Positions 1 through 11,911 of a DNA stretch of 64,000 bases are shown piece by piece. The first letter of the stretch is position 1. Every line of letters starts with the position of its first letter. The stretch comes from Ptychomitrium polyphyllum. Its lineage: Eukaryota. The DNA is taken from contig OZ316775.1 of NCBI GenBank assembly GCA_973851085.1, positions 18,290,001-18,354,000 on the forward strand. Reading direction: 5' to 3'. The notes beneath the pieces are model-generated. The model did not search any database and had not been told where the DNA came from. It saw only the letters and a program-made list of their open reading frames with translations. The position numbers were made by a program, and so were the translations under genes.

Positions 1-481
1 GCCAGGAAACGTTACCGCAGCTTTGATAATTTTATGTTTGTTTTGTTGTGATTCTGAACGGAATGAGGGTTTCGTTGCAAGGAAGTAACTAGCTTTGAAG
101 TCGATGGAATCTTGTCCTTGGTTGGAGCTTCGGTTCATGGACAAAGGCACAGCTTTGCTGTTGTCTGGTGCGTGGGCATTCGGAGATCCAATCCTGCAAG
201 TCAGGTAACCTGGTTTCGTGTTGCAGGAGATACGTAACTGTTGCTGTTGCGGTTGGTGTGTGGTTCATGCGGTTCGGAAGACACGACCTTGTGTTAGAGG
301 CCTTGTGCTTTGATTCGTTGTGGTCAAGGTGGTTGGAATGAGGGGTCACGAACTGCTGCCAACTAATCTCTGGAGCTGGTGAATGAAGACGAGGAGAAGG
401 GTGAGGATCACTCTCGACCTGTTTGTTAGCGAAATGTCTTTTGTGGATATTTTTTCGAGAAAAGTTGATCTTTTAAGCTTT

Positions 482-895
482 TGGAGTTATAATGAAGGCA
501 CCCGATAAGTTTGCGTGTGTGTGAGAAAGCTCCCTGTCTTTGTGAGATGTTGGAGTGGGTTTATGTCACGCTTAGTGTGTGTTGTTTTAATGAGTGTCGA
601 AATTCCATGCATAGTGGAGATCACAAAGGGAGGGAAATACTCAAGTTTTGTAGTTGTGCCCTGTGTTTTTCCTTTCTTGTATAAGGCGATGCAAAATTTC
701 AGTTATGGGCTACTCACTCTGTCTTCGTGAGGGAAACGTCGTCTGTACTCGCGTACCCATTTGAGCAGAATCTCTTAGTACGTTCTGGAGTTATAATGGA
801 GGTACCGGATGAGTTTGGGTGTGAGAGAAAGCCCCTGTATCTGTGAGGCGTTGGAACGAGTTTTCGTCACTTTTTGTAGGTTGCTTTAGTGCGCA
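482..895. repeat. Diverged two-copy direct repeat (~110 bp units, ~482-594 and ~786-895) upstream of the GGH start codon
   Basis: tggagttataatgaaggcacccgataagtttgcgtgtgtgtgagaaagctccctgtctttgtgagatgttgga aligns by eye with tggagttataatggaggtaccggatgagtttgggtgtgagagaaagcccctgtatctgtgaggcgttgga. Confidence 0.75.
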
Positions 896-1110
896 CAAGA
901 TTTTATGCACAAACGAGATTACAGAGAGATTTGGAAGTCTGTACTTGTGAGCAGGCCTTTCTTGTCTTGTGTAAGATGGGAGTTTCAGTTACGGAACGGC
1001 TCTGTCTTTGACTTGTATGACATGCAAGATTTACGGTCAGATCTGTGAATTGTAGGAAAGTCAGGGGGGTTGCTTTTGAAGTCGGTGCATACTGAAGGCG
1101 AATCGTGGAA

Positions 1111-3248
1111 ATGGCGATTCGTGCTGCTGCTCTGCTGTGCCTCTTTCTTCTGTACTGCGTTGCGACTAGTGCAGCACGCGTCCCTAACATCAAGTTGCCG
1201 TCTCAGCGTCAAGAGAGCAACCGCGATGTACCTCTCAATAGTAGACCTCTAATTGGGATTTTGTCTCAACCAGGAGACGGATGTAATCATGAAACCAAGC
1301 TTGGGAGTGACGACGCCAATGATACAACGTCCTACATTGCTGCTTCGTACGTGAAGTTCGTGGAGTCTGGGGGCGCTCGAGCAGTTCCTCTAATTTACAA
1401 CGAGCCTGAGGAGTTACTCAGAAAGGTCTCGCCGTCTACCTCCACTTTAACCTAGTTTTTCAAACTTGAGTCATGACCATTTTTCTTTTCATTTTTTTGG
1501 GTTACCATGTGTGTTTACCAGGCAAAAATTGTTTTTCTATTTGGTGGTTCTGCTTGTAACAGAAATTTGCCGCCATCAATGGAATTCTGATTCCTGGAGG
1601 TGCAGCTAGCCTGGAGGACACCCCCTTCTACCGTGTTTCAGAGAAGCTGTTTGACGTACGCATCTGTTTCTCTTCCAAAAAGAATTCGCACATGAAATCT
1701 GCCGTCAAGTCTTTCTGTCGCAATTTTTGTCAGAATTTGTTCTATTTCGCAGTCTCAATGCATTCGGTTTGTAAACGAAAACTCATCCCGAGCCCCCTTA
1801 TTGTGGGGTTTTCGTGCAGTGGGCCCTTGAAGCGAACGACCGTGGAGACCACTTTCCTATCTATGGCGTCTGTATGGGCTTTGAGCTTCTGAGTATATAT
1901 GCGACCAAGGTAGGTTTTCATCATCTGGGCTGCGTGAAGATTAGGTCTGATGCATTTCAGAACTGTAAATCCTTTTCAATAATTTCTGTCAATGTCCACA
2001 TTTCTTCAGATTTTGGAAGTTAATTTGTCGTACGTTTGCAGAATCATTCAATCCTGGAACCATTCGAGGCAGTAAACATTCCAGGTCCTCTACTTTTTGT
2101 TGATGAGGGAGCTAAGAAACACAGTATGTTCGAGTGGTAAGTCCTACATATGTCGTTTCTCCCTGAGTCCACAGAAGTATCTAGAACTGATCCTGTTGCA
2201 GATGCATTACGATTACCTTGCGATTATCTTTTCTCTTAAGTGACGTACTGTCGAGATTCAGGGTTCCATTAAGCGTCATCGAGGAGCTTAACACCGTGCC
2301 GCTTGTAATGCAAAATCACGAGTGGGGGCTGTCTCCAGAATTATGGGCTTCTACACCCGAGCTCAACAATTTCTACCGAGTTCTTACAGTATCTCCTGAT
2401 CGAAACAACAAGGTGAAGATTCTGAGTTGCAGGTTTCGTCAAGTCTGGATGCATCTTTCAATAGGCTACTGGTATTGTAATGAATCTGACAACCACGTGA
2501 CTTACCTTTGTAAATATGTTCTGATGTTGCAGCTTTACATTTCTACTGTAGAGGCTCGTGATTATCCCATTCTAGGTGTACAGTGGCATCCCGAGGTAAT
2601 ATGAAGAATCCTATAAATTTGCGTTCTTTGATTATGCCTATTGAGATGCTTCTTTAGCAGATGCCTTACTCATTGCATGTTTCATGTTGTTTTCAGATTC
2701 TTTGTGTTAGTTACTTTGACTATTTGAGGTTACGGATGTTTGAAAACAAGAAATTTTGTTATCAGAAAAATACGTTTGAGTGGGGCATAGACAATATCCC
2801 TCATAGTGCAGACGCTGTCAAGATTACACAAAGCGTCGCCAACTACTTTATTTCGTATGCATCCTTCTTACTTTTCACCGCTTCTCAAAAGATTCAATCT
2901 TCTTCAATTTTATCCATTTAGTAGACGTTCAATTTCATTTATTTTCGTTGTTCTATTGAAGACTCCATTGTTCTTCAAAAATTTACTGAGTGATGGAAAT
3001 CTGTTGCAGCGAGGCACGGAAGTCATCTCATAATCCAGCTTCGTTCAAGGAGGAGCAGGATTTCTTAATTTACAACTATGACCCCGTTTACGTAAGCAAA
3101 GATGGGTATGTATCTGACCTTCTATGTGCCACACGGCGATTTTATTTAACTCTGACGTTCGCTTACTTTCGTATTTGACAGTTGACACTTTAGTGTTGTG
3201 AATGTGTGCAGAAAGGGCACTTTCGATCAGGCATACGTCTTCTATTGA
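1111..3248 (+). CDS. GGH: Gamma-glutamyl hydrolase (folylpolyglutamate hydrolase, peptidase C26), multi-exon, with N-terminal signal peptide
   Basis: ATG 1111 MAIRAAALLCLFLLYC (signal peptide). Spliced GT-AG exons give RPLIGILSQPGDG, SYIAASYVKFVESGGARAVPL, INGILIPGG, FPIYGVCMGFELL (catalytic Cys), YPILGVQWHPEKNTFEW (His-Pro-Glu), EARKS, LIYNYDP and GTFDQAYVFY*; stop TGA 3246-3248. Confidence 0.95.
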
Positions 3249-5982
3249 TGTCCTTAGTGTGGCACCATTATGTTGTGCACGTAATATTTGCCATTATTCA
3301 AAGAATTGCCTCAGCAGCAGGCAATTTCAATTATCTAATTTTTCTTCTTCTTTCTTTTGACACAAATAACTAATTAGATTCATCACAGAAGTAACCTCAT
3401 CGTTGTCTAGGTCTAACAACTCCTATCGCTGTTGAGTGCTAATTCACCAAGGGGGTTTTGTTTGGTGCTGACGTTGAGGGTTGGCTTAGTAATATTTTGA
3501 GTGACTCTCCCAGTTGCGAACTGTAGTTCTCCCAAGTTATAAATAGTGGATCTTTAGGCATAAACATGAGAAGCATGGACTTAGTGGAGTTATTGATTGA
3601 ATAGATCGGATCATTCAATGATTGTATTGAATGAACATTACTTTGAGAGACTTGGCTATCTTAACATCCTCCTGGGATTTGAGTTCTCTCCAGTAGCCAA
3701 TTTATATTGTTGTAAATATTTGAACGTGAAATAGAATGTCAATTTCTTGTTGCATCGCCGATTTTGATTTTGGTGGTTACTCCTGGTGGAGAGTAGGACT
3801 GGCGAGGAGTTTGCTCAACCTATGTTTCTTGAGTATGGTTAGATCTCTGTGAGTAGTCAGCATTAGCTTGTGTGAAGGTGGGTTCGAAGAATAAAAAATT
3901 AGCGTAACTTATTACACCCAATTTTGTTTAAATTAGCTTCTAATGAAATAAACATGCTGATGATAAACTAAGTAGCGACACAGAATTGAAGTTTTGAAGT
4001 TATTTAGTCACAGTGCAGCACATACTTCTCTTTGCTCTTTTCTTACATGTTTCAAAAATAGGTTTGAAATGTTCGTCATTTTCTCCATGTTCTCCGTGCT
4101 GACACAGGAGCACTAACAACAGAATCACAATCAAACAAATAAAGTAGACTCAGTACCCCAACAGCAGATGTCACATGAAAAAAAGCATGTTAAAGCACTT
4201 GGCAAGCTCACGATGTTCACAAATTCTACTCCTACAATGCCACATAAACGCCAATGTATATCCACATCTGCTTCAATATGTGGAATTGAGCATAATCTTA
4301 GAAACTTAAAACAAGAAGCATGAACAGGTGCACAAAACGACTCATGAAACCTCAAAAGTTCAGCATCATCACATCCCTATTGATAAATTTGTAGGGAACG
4401 CATGTCTTTACACGAAGTCTGTCTGTAACGACCCCTAGAAGCATGTCACAAAATTTAGAATGCATTCTTTTCCATCCAACAAGTGAGCCGCTTGCACAAT
4501 TCCACAACCGATTGGTAAAAGAATGAAAGAATGTAGAGCCTATATCAGAGCAATTTCCCGAGTCTTAACCTAGGTTTAGAGTTTAGGGTTTAGAATTTCA
4601 CGGATTGAGTGGACGGGTCAAGTTTCACTATTCTGCTTGGTTTATGCCCCGCCAGGAAGTGATGGGGGATGCCAACTATGGGCGCTTCATGGAGAATGCG
4701 GGTAAGAATTAACCCGGAACATGGGAGGGGAGAGGAATGGGGCAGTCAGGGATGTCAGGATCGACCAAGTCATACTTTCGCTCCACAAGCTCCTCTGCAT
4801 CTGGAGTTGCCATTTCAGAAAGCTCTCTTCTAACTCCGGACAACGCAGCCTCTTCTTGCTGACTCTTGTGAGCCTGTAAGAGTATTGCAGAAGCCAAATT
4901 AGGAGGATACTAGCAAAATTTTGAGAGGCAGTATGACTTGGACAGCTATGTGCTCGTGACTAACACCTTGACGTATGGTTTATGGATCGGTTTAACTCTG
5001 CGTGGATTGTGAAGATTTTCCTTAGAAGGTGGTCTACCTTGAAATCATTAGATTAGTGACGGTCCTTGAGTATGGCCATTGTGTAGCTGTGATGGCGTAG
5101 CTGCCCATGTTACGCATAAAATTGTCAAGTTGGCCTTTAATCACTTCTTCATAATATGCCTCATAGCGTACCTTATTACATTTTGAATCTGAAGATGAAC
5201 CACGTAGGTGCTTGGCTGCAAGATGTGCCAAATTCCCTAAACTTCAAAAATAGCCACAACTCACAACTCGAAAACAGTAGACTCGAACAATGATATTAGC
5301 ACCTTGGTTTCATGATGCAATAGAATACCACTCGGGCTCTGTAGGGAAATAGCTGAACTATAGAATCTACTTTTTGAAAATCTTTTATGTTCTATTTTCC
5401 TCCAAAAGTCGCACAAAAAGCAGCAATTACTCTAAGAAGGATCAAGAAGGTGCAAGAACGGTGGCACAAGAGACAAAGGTCCCAGAAACAAAAGTCGGTC
5501 AGAGTGTTCGTAAATAGCCCCCAACTCCCTTGACACCCACGCTCCACCCCTCCACACAAGGAGCTCCCGCAAGTTCACATCCACATTTCGATCAATACCT
5601 AGGTGATACTCAGTCGATACTCGTGTGATTTTGATATGATACACTAGTTATACCCATGCAGCAGGATTACAATGTTGTAATTTTCACTGAGAGTCTTCTA
5701 CAATCTCGCCATCTCTCACACCATGTGGATCGCTCTTTTCCACATCGGATTTCGCCACGCACAATTGCAAAAGTGGTCGGTCGGAGGTCCACCGCATTCA
5801 TGTGCTTCCAAGCTCTTCCAGAACATTGCACAAGTGGCAAGCTTCTTGCGTCCTATAAGAAGCAATCTCTCGTTGCCATTGCTCAATATCATCACAGTTA
5901 TCAAGCAATTTGTCAGGTCCGATAACTTGGTATTAGAGTTGTAAAGGTTTTAGTTTCGTTGCTGCCGGAGTGCTGCAATTGA

Positions 5983-6783
<801 letters not shown>

Positions 6784-7419
6784 GTTGTGTACATTGTTTT
6801 TTAACAACGACTTGTATCATGATGTGTAGCTCTTCTGGTTATGTTCGAGATAGTATGTAGTAGTGCATCCGTCTCGTTGAACCTTGTATACACTGTATGT
6901 TGATCAACATGGAAGTCAGATGATTCTGGCATTTACAAGACTTTGAGGTTCTGTGTTTCCCTTATTTCTACCACGCTTTGTGGTTTTGGAATGTGATTTG
7001 CAATGGGATCTGCGGGGAGATTAGTAACCAGGTAATGCTTCAATTTTCAATTCAAAGCAAAGTGTATAGTCTTGATAAATTCCAGCAAATCACGTCTATT
7101 GCCAATCCCGTCACGATAAAACCTAGCAAATCATCAATACTAGCTCCCGTCCTATTCAATATTTCACAAAAGATATACAAGGATTTCTACATCCGATTAC
7201 AAGCACTATTTGTTTGTATAGCTGATTTCTGGCGCCGAAGTTTAAATGTAGATGATCTATATTCCATCTGCTATTAAAAATTACTCATTGATCATCTTCA
7301 GTATTCCATGACGAAGCTTCGATTTGAACAGCGACGTGATATACTCCAGACTTTAAATTACCGAGAGAATCGCGAAGAAGAGAGTATCACTTGGGTGATC
7401 ACAAACTTGAATGGCATGC

Positions 7420-8212
7420 TCAGATGGTAGCGAGCGACAACCTCGACTCGAAGTCGAGCAAGCTTTTTTTGATGTCGAGTCCGAAAGCGTAACCTGTCAA
7501 GGCACCGTTCTTGCCCACAACTCGATGACAGGGAACGATGAGGCACATGGGATTCCGGCCGTTCGCCATGCCCACAGCTCGTGCCTTACCTGGCTCACCC
7601 ATGAGGTCGGCCTGCTCCGAGTAAGTGATGACCTTCCCGTACGGGATCTTGTCCAACGCTGCCCACGCCCTTCGCTGAAACGGAGTACCATGCACCGCAA
7701 GAGGTAGGGAGAATGTGCTTCTCTTCCCGGCGAAGTACTGCTCCACTTGCTTTTTAGCCTGCTGCCAATCAACGAGAACGAAAGCCTCGGTTACGGTAAT
7801 TATCTTTTAGCTCAATGCTCAGTTTAGAATAGAGAATTGCAACATGTTTGCTGCAATCTGTTGTACAAGAACTGATGCGTGACCGTGATCTCCGGAAGCG
7901 GCATAACCTAAACGATCTAAGTGCAAGTAGAACCTGTCTCGTTATGCAGAGGAATTTCAAAAGTAAGAACACGAGGTGCTAGATGAGAGCGCAAGGAAAG
8001 TGATGGAACACCATCATGGACAATGAGGAACAGTGGTGAGGAGATGAATGCACCATAGCCAGGACAGGTTGCTTGGCACGCGAGAGAACGCTCTCGCTCA
8101 TGCTGGTTGCAGGTTTCCCGAAAAATGCTTCATGCACAGCGAACTCGGATGCTCCCACCGTGAACGGCCCCAACGGCGTCTCCACAACCACGTACGAGAG
8201 CTTCATTGCCAT
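7420..8212 (-). CDS. MGMT: O6-methylguanine-DNA methyltransferase (methylated-DNA-[protein]-cysteine S-methyltransferase, Ogt/MGMT family), ~165 aa, exons 8212-8054 and 7758-7420
   Basis: Exon 1 MAMKLSYVVVETPLGPFTVGASEFAVHEAFFG (Ogt N-domain). GT donor 8053 and CAG acceptor 7761-7759 join in phase 0 (tandem CAGCAG acceptor). Exon 2 KQVEQYFAGKRSTFSLPL..GTPFQRRAWAALDKIPYGKVITYSEQA..ARAVGMANGRNPMCLIVPCHRVVGKNGALTGYAFGLDIKKSLLDFE carries the RAVG and PCHR signatures. Confidence 0.93.
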
Positions 8213-9347
8213 ACCAACGATCTCTCCCCTCTCCGAAGAGCCCCACAACACACGACCTTGATGATTGATTCTGGAGTAGCTCACCCGAAGAAACTCTCAA
8301 CACGCGCTCTTGGGTGGTGTCAGTTACAATATGTTGGACTACGCAGTCGTGCGGGAGATATGCTGCAGCGGTCGAACAATTACAGCACCAGGGAGCCCTC
8401 GAATGAACAAGAGCTTCTCCTTCTACTTTCCAGTAAGAGGCGTCTGGGCGAAGCTTGTCCACTGTTCCTCAAAGGGAACTTCCTAGGAGGGGGGCCGTCG
8501 GAAGTCTTCATCCAGACTAAACTAAACTTCCGGAGCTTCTGGACGTCGGCACCTGCGAACACTTCGTCCGGTCATTCGGACACGTGGTTGGAGGTTTTAC
8601 ATCCCGACTGTTGCCCATCTTTCAGTATTCAATCGATAGTCGACAACTGAATTATGACTCTGAGCACAACAAGTGTGAAATGGTGGCAGGGAGATCATCA
8701 CCTTCTTCAACCTCTGGATACGAGATCATCAGTTGCGAAGTGTCCGCTCGAGTGAGCGGGACTCAAGGTGTTTGGGTTTGAGTTGTTGTGCAGAGAAGGC
8801 AGGACGAAGTAAAGCATGGCGGACATGGAGTTGCGACGTGAGAATGTGAATCTGGAAGACGATGCAGTGAGTTCTTCTCTGCAGTCCTGTGTTGGGTTCT
8901 GCTGATTGATATGAATTGCTTTCGTGGGGTTCGTGAGTTTGGGTTTTTTGAGTTAGAGAATGGCGTGAGAGCTCATTGTATGTAGTGGATCTAGTCATCT
9001 TGCATGCAGTCGGAGATGGAGACGCCTTGAATTGAGAGGTGTGCTGCTTTGGCGTGTCTATGTTTAGGAATAGCTTTCGGCAAGATGATTTCGTGAGGGA
9101 GCATCAATGTGTTCTGTTGTCGAGATTTTGAAGTCTCTTGGAGTGAAACTGGAGATAAGGAGGAGCGTGAAGTGGTGGTGCTGGTGAAGAGTTGGATGCA
9201 TAAATCGGCGTGTTGTACGAAACTATAAATGCTGTCACCTCGTGCCGTATATGTGCAGATTAAATGAATTTCGATGGTGGCAAGAAAATAGGGCAAGAAG
9301 TCTGCGTCGTTTGGTGGTGAAGTTGATGATCCGTTAGCCGTAGTTCT

Positions 9348-9356
9348 AAACCCTAA
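9348..9356 (+). promoter_or_regulatory. Telo-box-like motif AAACCCTAA in the leader region of the CRAL-TRIO gene
   Basis: Exact AAACCCTAA about 230 nt upstream of ATG 9587; function not demonstrable from sequence. Confidence 0.3.
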
Positions 9357-9586
9357 TCCCTTCTCCTCTTGAGTCCGCGTTTATGAGAATTCTTACGACA
9401 TGCAATGTTGGATGACTTGGTTGATTGCAGATTGTGAGCCTTCAAGGTTAGGAGATTACCTAGCTGAGGAGTCTCAACATTGACGCAGCGATAAGCTTCA
9501 GACTTGGTTTGAGAGGGTTAAGTTTTTGCAGTAATCTGCCCAATGACCAAGCGTATTGCCTAAGGCTAAAACTGAGAGGAGAGGAT

Positions 9587-11911
9587 ATGAGCGGCGAGAT
9601 GGAGGAGAGTACTGTAGCAGAGGACGAGCAAGTGACGTTTTCCTATGGCAACAGAGGCACCAGATCAAGTTTGCCTCGAACACTGTGGAGGAAGTCGATT
9701 ACTCCAGTGAAGTCTTTGAAGCGGGTGAACTTGGCGAACGCAGCAGGTCAGTTTCTTTTGTTTGGAGCGAAAGTGGCAGTATTAGAAGCTGTCCGACGAA
9801 TTTCGCAAACAAGATGTCGACCGCTTTGGTGGGGTTTGCAAGGCATTTTCACCATCCAAGCTCCTCCTTTTAACTGGCTGCAGCGCTGGTCTCCTTTCCA
9901 ACACATTGCTCAAGTTACGCAGGTTTGTACTGATGCTCTTTGCGTGTTTTGTCACAAACCTTTTTTACTGCGATCCTCTCGTTCTAATTTTTCAAATTGT
10001 GCCCAGCGAAGAATGACTTAAATTTGGTTGTTCGACTAGCGTTGCCAAAGTGCAACAACTACTAGAGAACATTGGAATATATTTACTTACTGGTTTAAGT
10101 AGAGAAGAATTAGAGATTTGTAGTTAAGTATCACAGTTTCCTGATTTTGTAGATTTCAACTTCTGAGCAGAATTTGATTGCTTGGCAGAGCTTCTCGAAG
10201 CCCCTTGTTTTCTTGTCGATTGCGACTGCTGTACATAGTGCGATTGAGGAGGTGCAAACTGCAACAGATGAGAGTATACTTGCAAATCTTGCCCCATTAG
10301 ACGATTCAACTCATCGAGACCACTCTGACAGTGAAGATAGTGAGGAGGCTATTCCGCCTACAGATCAAAGAGCCCTGACTCTGCATCTTCTCAAAGAAGA
10401 GTTGGAGGATAAAGGCATCACTCTGCCTGAAAGGTGGATACCCTTCCCAGTACAAAAGCTGTAACATGGCTATAAATAATGAACGACACCTAATGTTGAA
10501 AAATTTGGTTACATGTTAAAATGGTCATTGACAACGTGTGACAATGGCTAGCTCTGGTATTTTAATGCTTTTTACAACCCATTGCTTCTCGACATTTGAA
10601 GGTGATTGAGGGTGTTTGGGCTGAGTGGGCAACAGGATGGATTCTGAGGAGCTGGGAAGGTTTCTTGTAGCAGCCAACGGGAATGTTTCCAACTTTATTG
10701 TAAGGGTGAAGAAAACGGTTCAATGGCGAGAAAGGCATCATATATTTTCTGTAGCTGAGCTGAAACGGTGGGAACATCTTGTGTATTGGCATGGAAGAGA
10801 TGCTCAAGCCAGGCCAACGCTTATTATACGGCTGGGCGTTGCTTATACTGCCCTTGATCCTACTGACCATCCAGGCTTCGCCCAAGCTGTCGGTATGTGC
10901 AGATGTCGTATACTTCGATTGACAGTTATGTACTAGAGAGTTACAAATCTTGGGAAGGAAGCTGCATACTATGCGAGGCCACAAATTCTTGACATGGATT
11001 CGTTAGTGCCCTCATCCAACTAAGTATATATTTTCTCTTTTGCTGACTAGGTTAAGAGTCCTGACGTCATATCTTTGGTAGACGACAGCTGGTAATTGGT
11101 CTCTTATATCAGATAAAGTCACTTCTTAAAAAGGCTTGTTTTTGCGTTTGGACAGTATCACAGGTGGAGGCTGGAGTCTTGAATTTGGTATTAGACAAGG
11201 ACGACCCAACCATTACAGTAGTGATGGATTGTGAGTGTGAAAACACTGTTGGTTTTCCTTTGGAGAGACTGAAATCTCGAATTCGCTTACTTCAGGAACA
11301 TTACCCATGCCGATTGGCATCTCTTCTGGTGGTCAACCTCCCACCTGAAATGCGTGGATTTGCCCAGGAAGTCCTACAGGTACACTATTTGAAATTTATT
11401 GCCTGTTTCTGTTCACGAGTTTTCTCTCGCAAGAGCTTTTAAATTTCTTTTTCTGTTTTCAATGGCAATATCTTCAAGAATGATGTTAAGTATAGGAATG
11501 TAAGTGAATTGATGTGGAGCTCTGATATTGGAACAGATATTGAGTCCTGTCACACAGAAAAAAGTGCATTTGAAAGGTTATCGTCGTTACATGGGACTGT
11601 TAGCTGTACAACTTGGAGCAAGCGAAAATATTCCCCCATTTCTTGGTGGGAGTTGCAAATGCCAGATCTGTAGCAGGAAAGTGATCTCAGAGGAAGAGCA
11701 GCGCAGAATACTGGAAAGACAAGCTGAAGCTAGGCAAAGGGAACTGGAAGATGCGGACAGAGCAGTGGAAGTTGTTTCGAGCAGGGACTCCTTATCAGCT
11801 GAGCAGTCCTACATGAGTACGTTGCGGCTTTTAATACTAGGTTTTATTATTGTTTGGGTCATGGTTGCTATGGTTGCAGGGCATGCTTCGTCTAAATCTT
11901 CCCTTAACTAA
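9587..11911 (+). CDS. CRAL-TRIO/Sec14-like lipid-binding domain protein with C-terminal transmembrane helix, ~5 exons
   Basis: Spliced peptides ELGRFLVAANGNV..KKTVQWRERH, VYWHGRDAQARPTLIIRLG, ITVVMDCE, LLQEHYPCRLASLLVVNLP, ILSPVTQKKVH, NIPPFLGGSCKC are Sec14/CRAL-TRIO-type motifs; hydrophobic LLILGFIIVWVMVAMVAG near the C-terminus. Confidence 0.85.

Noticed and set aside
4574..4595. Telomere-like gtttaga-gtttagg-gtttaga
   Set aside because: Only about 3 degenerate units with a single exact TTTAGGG; too short to call an interstitial telomeric array.
4680..5260. Minus-strand protein-like fragments (EAYYEEVIKGQLDNFMRN; AHKSQQEEAALSGVRRELSE) with a possible splice acceptor
   Set aside because: No recognisable family and the frames are discontinuous; may be a relic but cannot be supported without BLASTX.
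8048..8650. 200-aa plus-strand ORF
   Set aside because: Antisense to MGMT exon 1 and running into GC-rich promoter/leader DNA; no family motifs.
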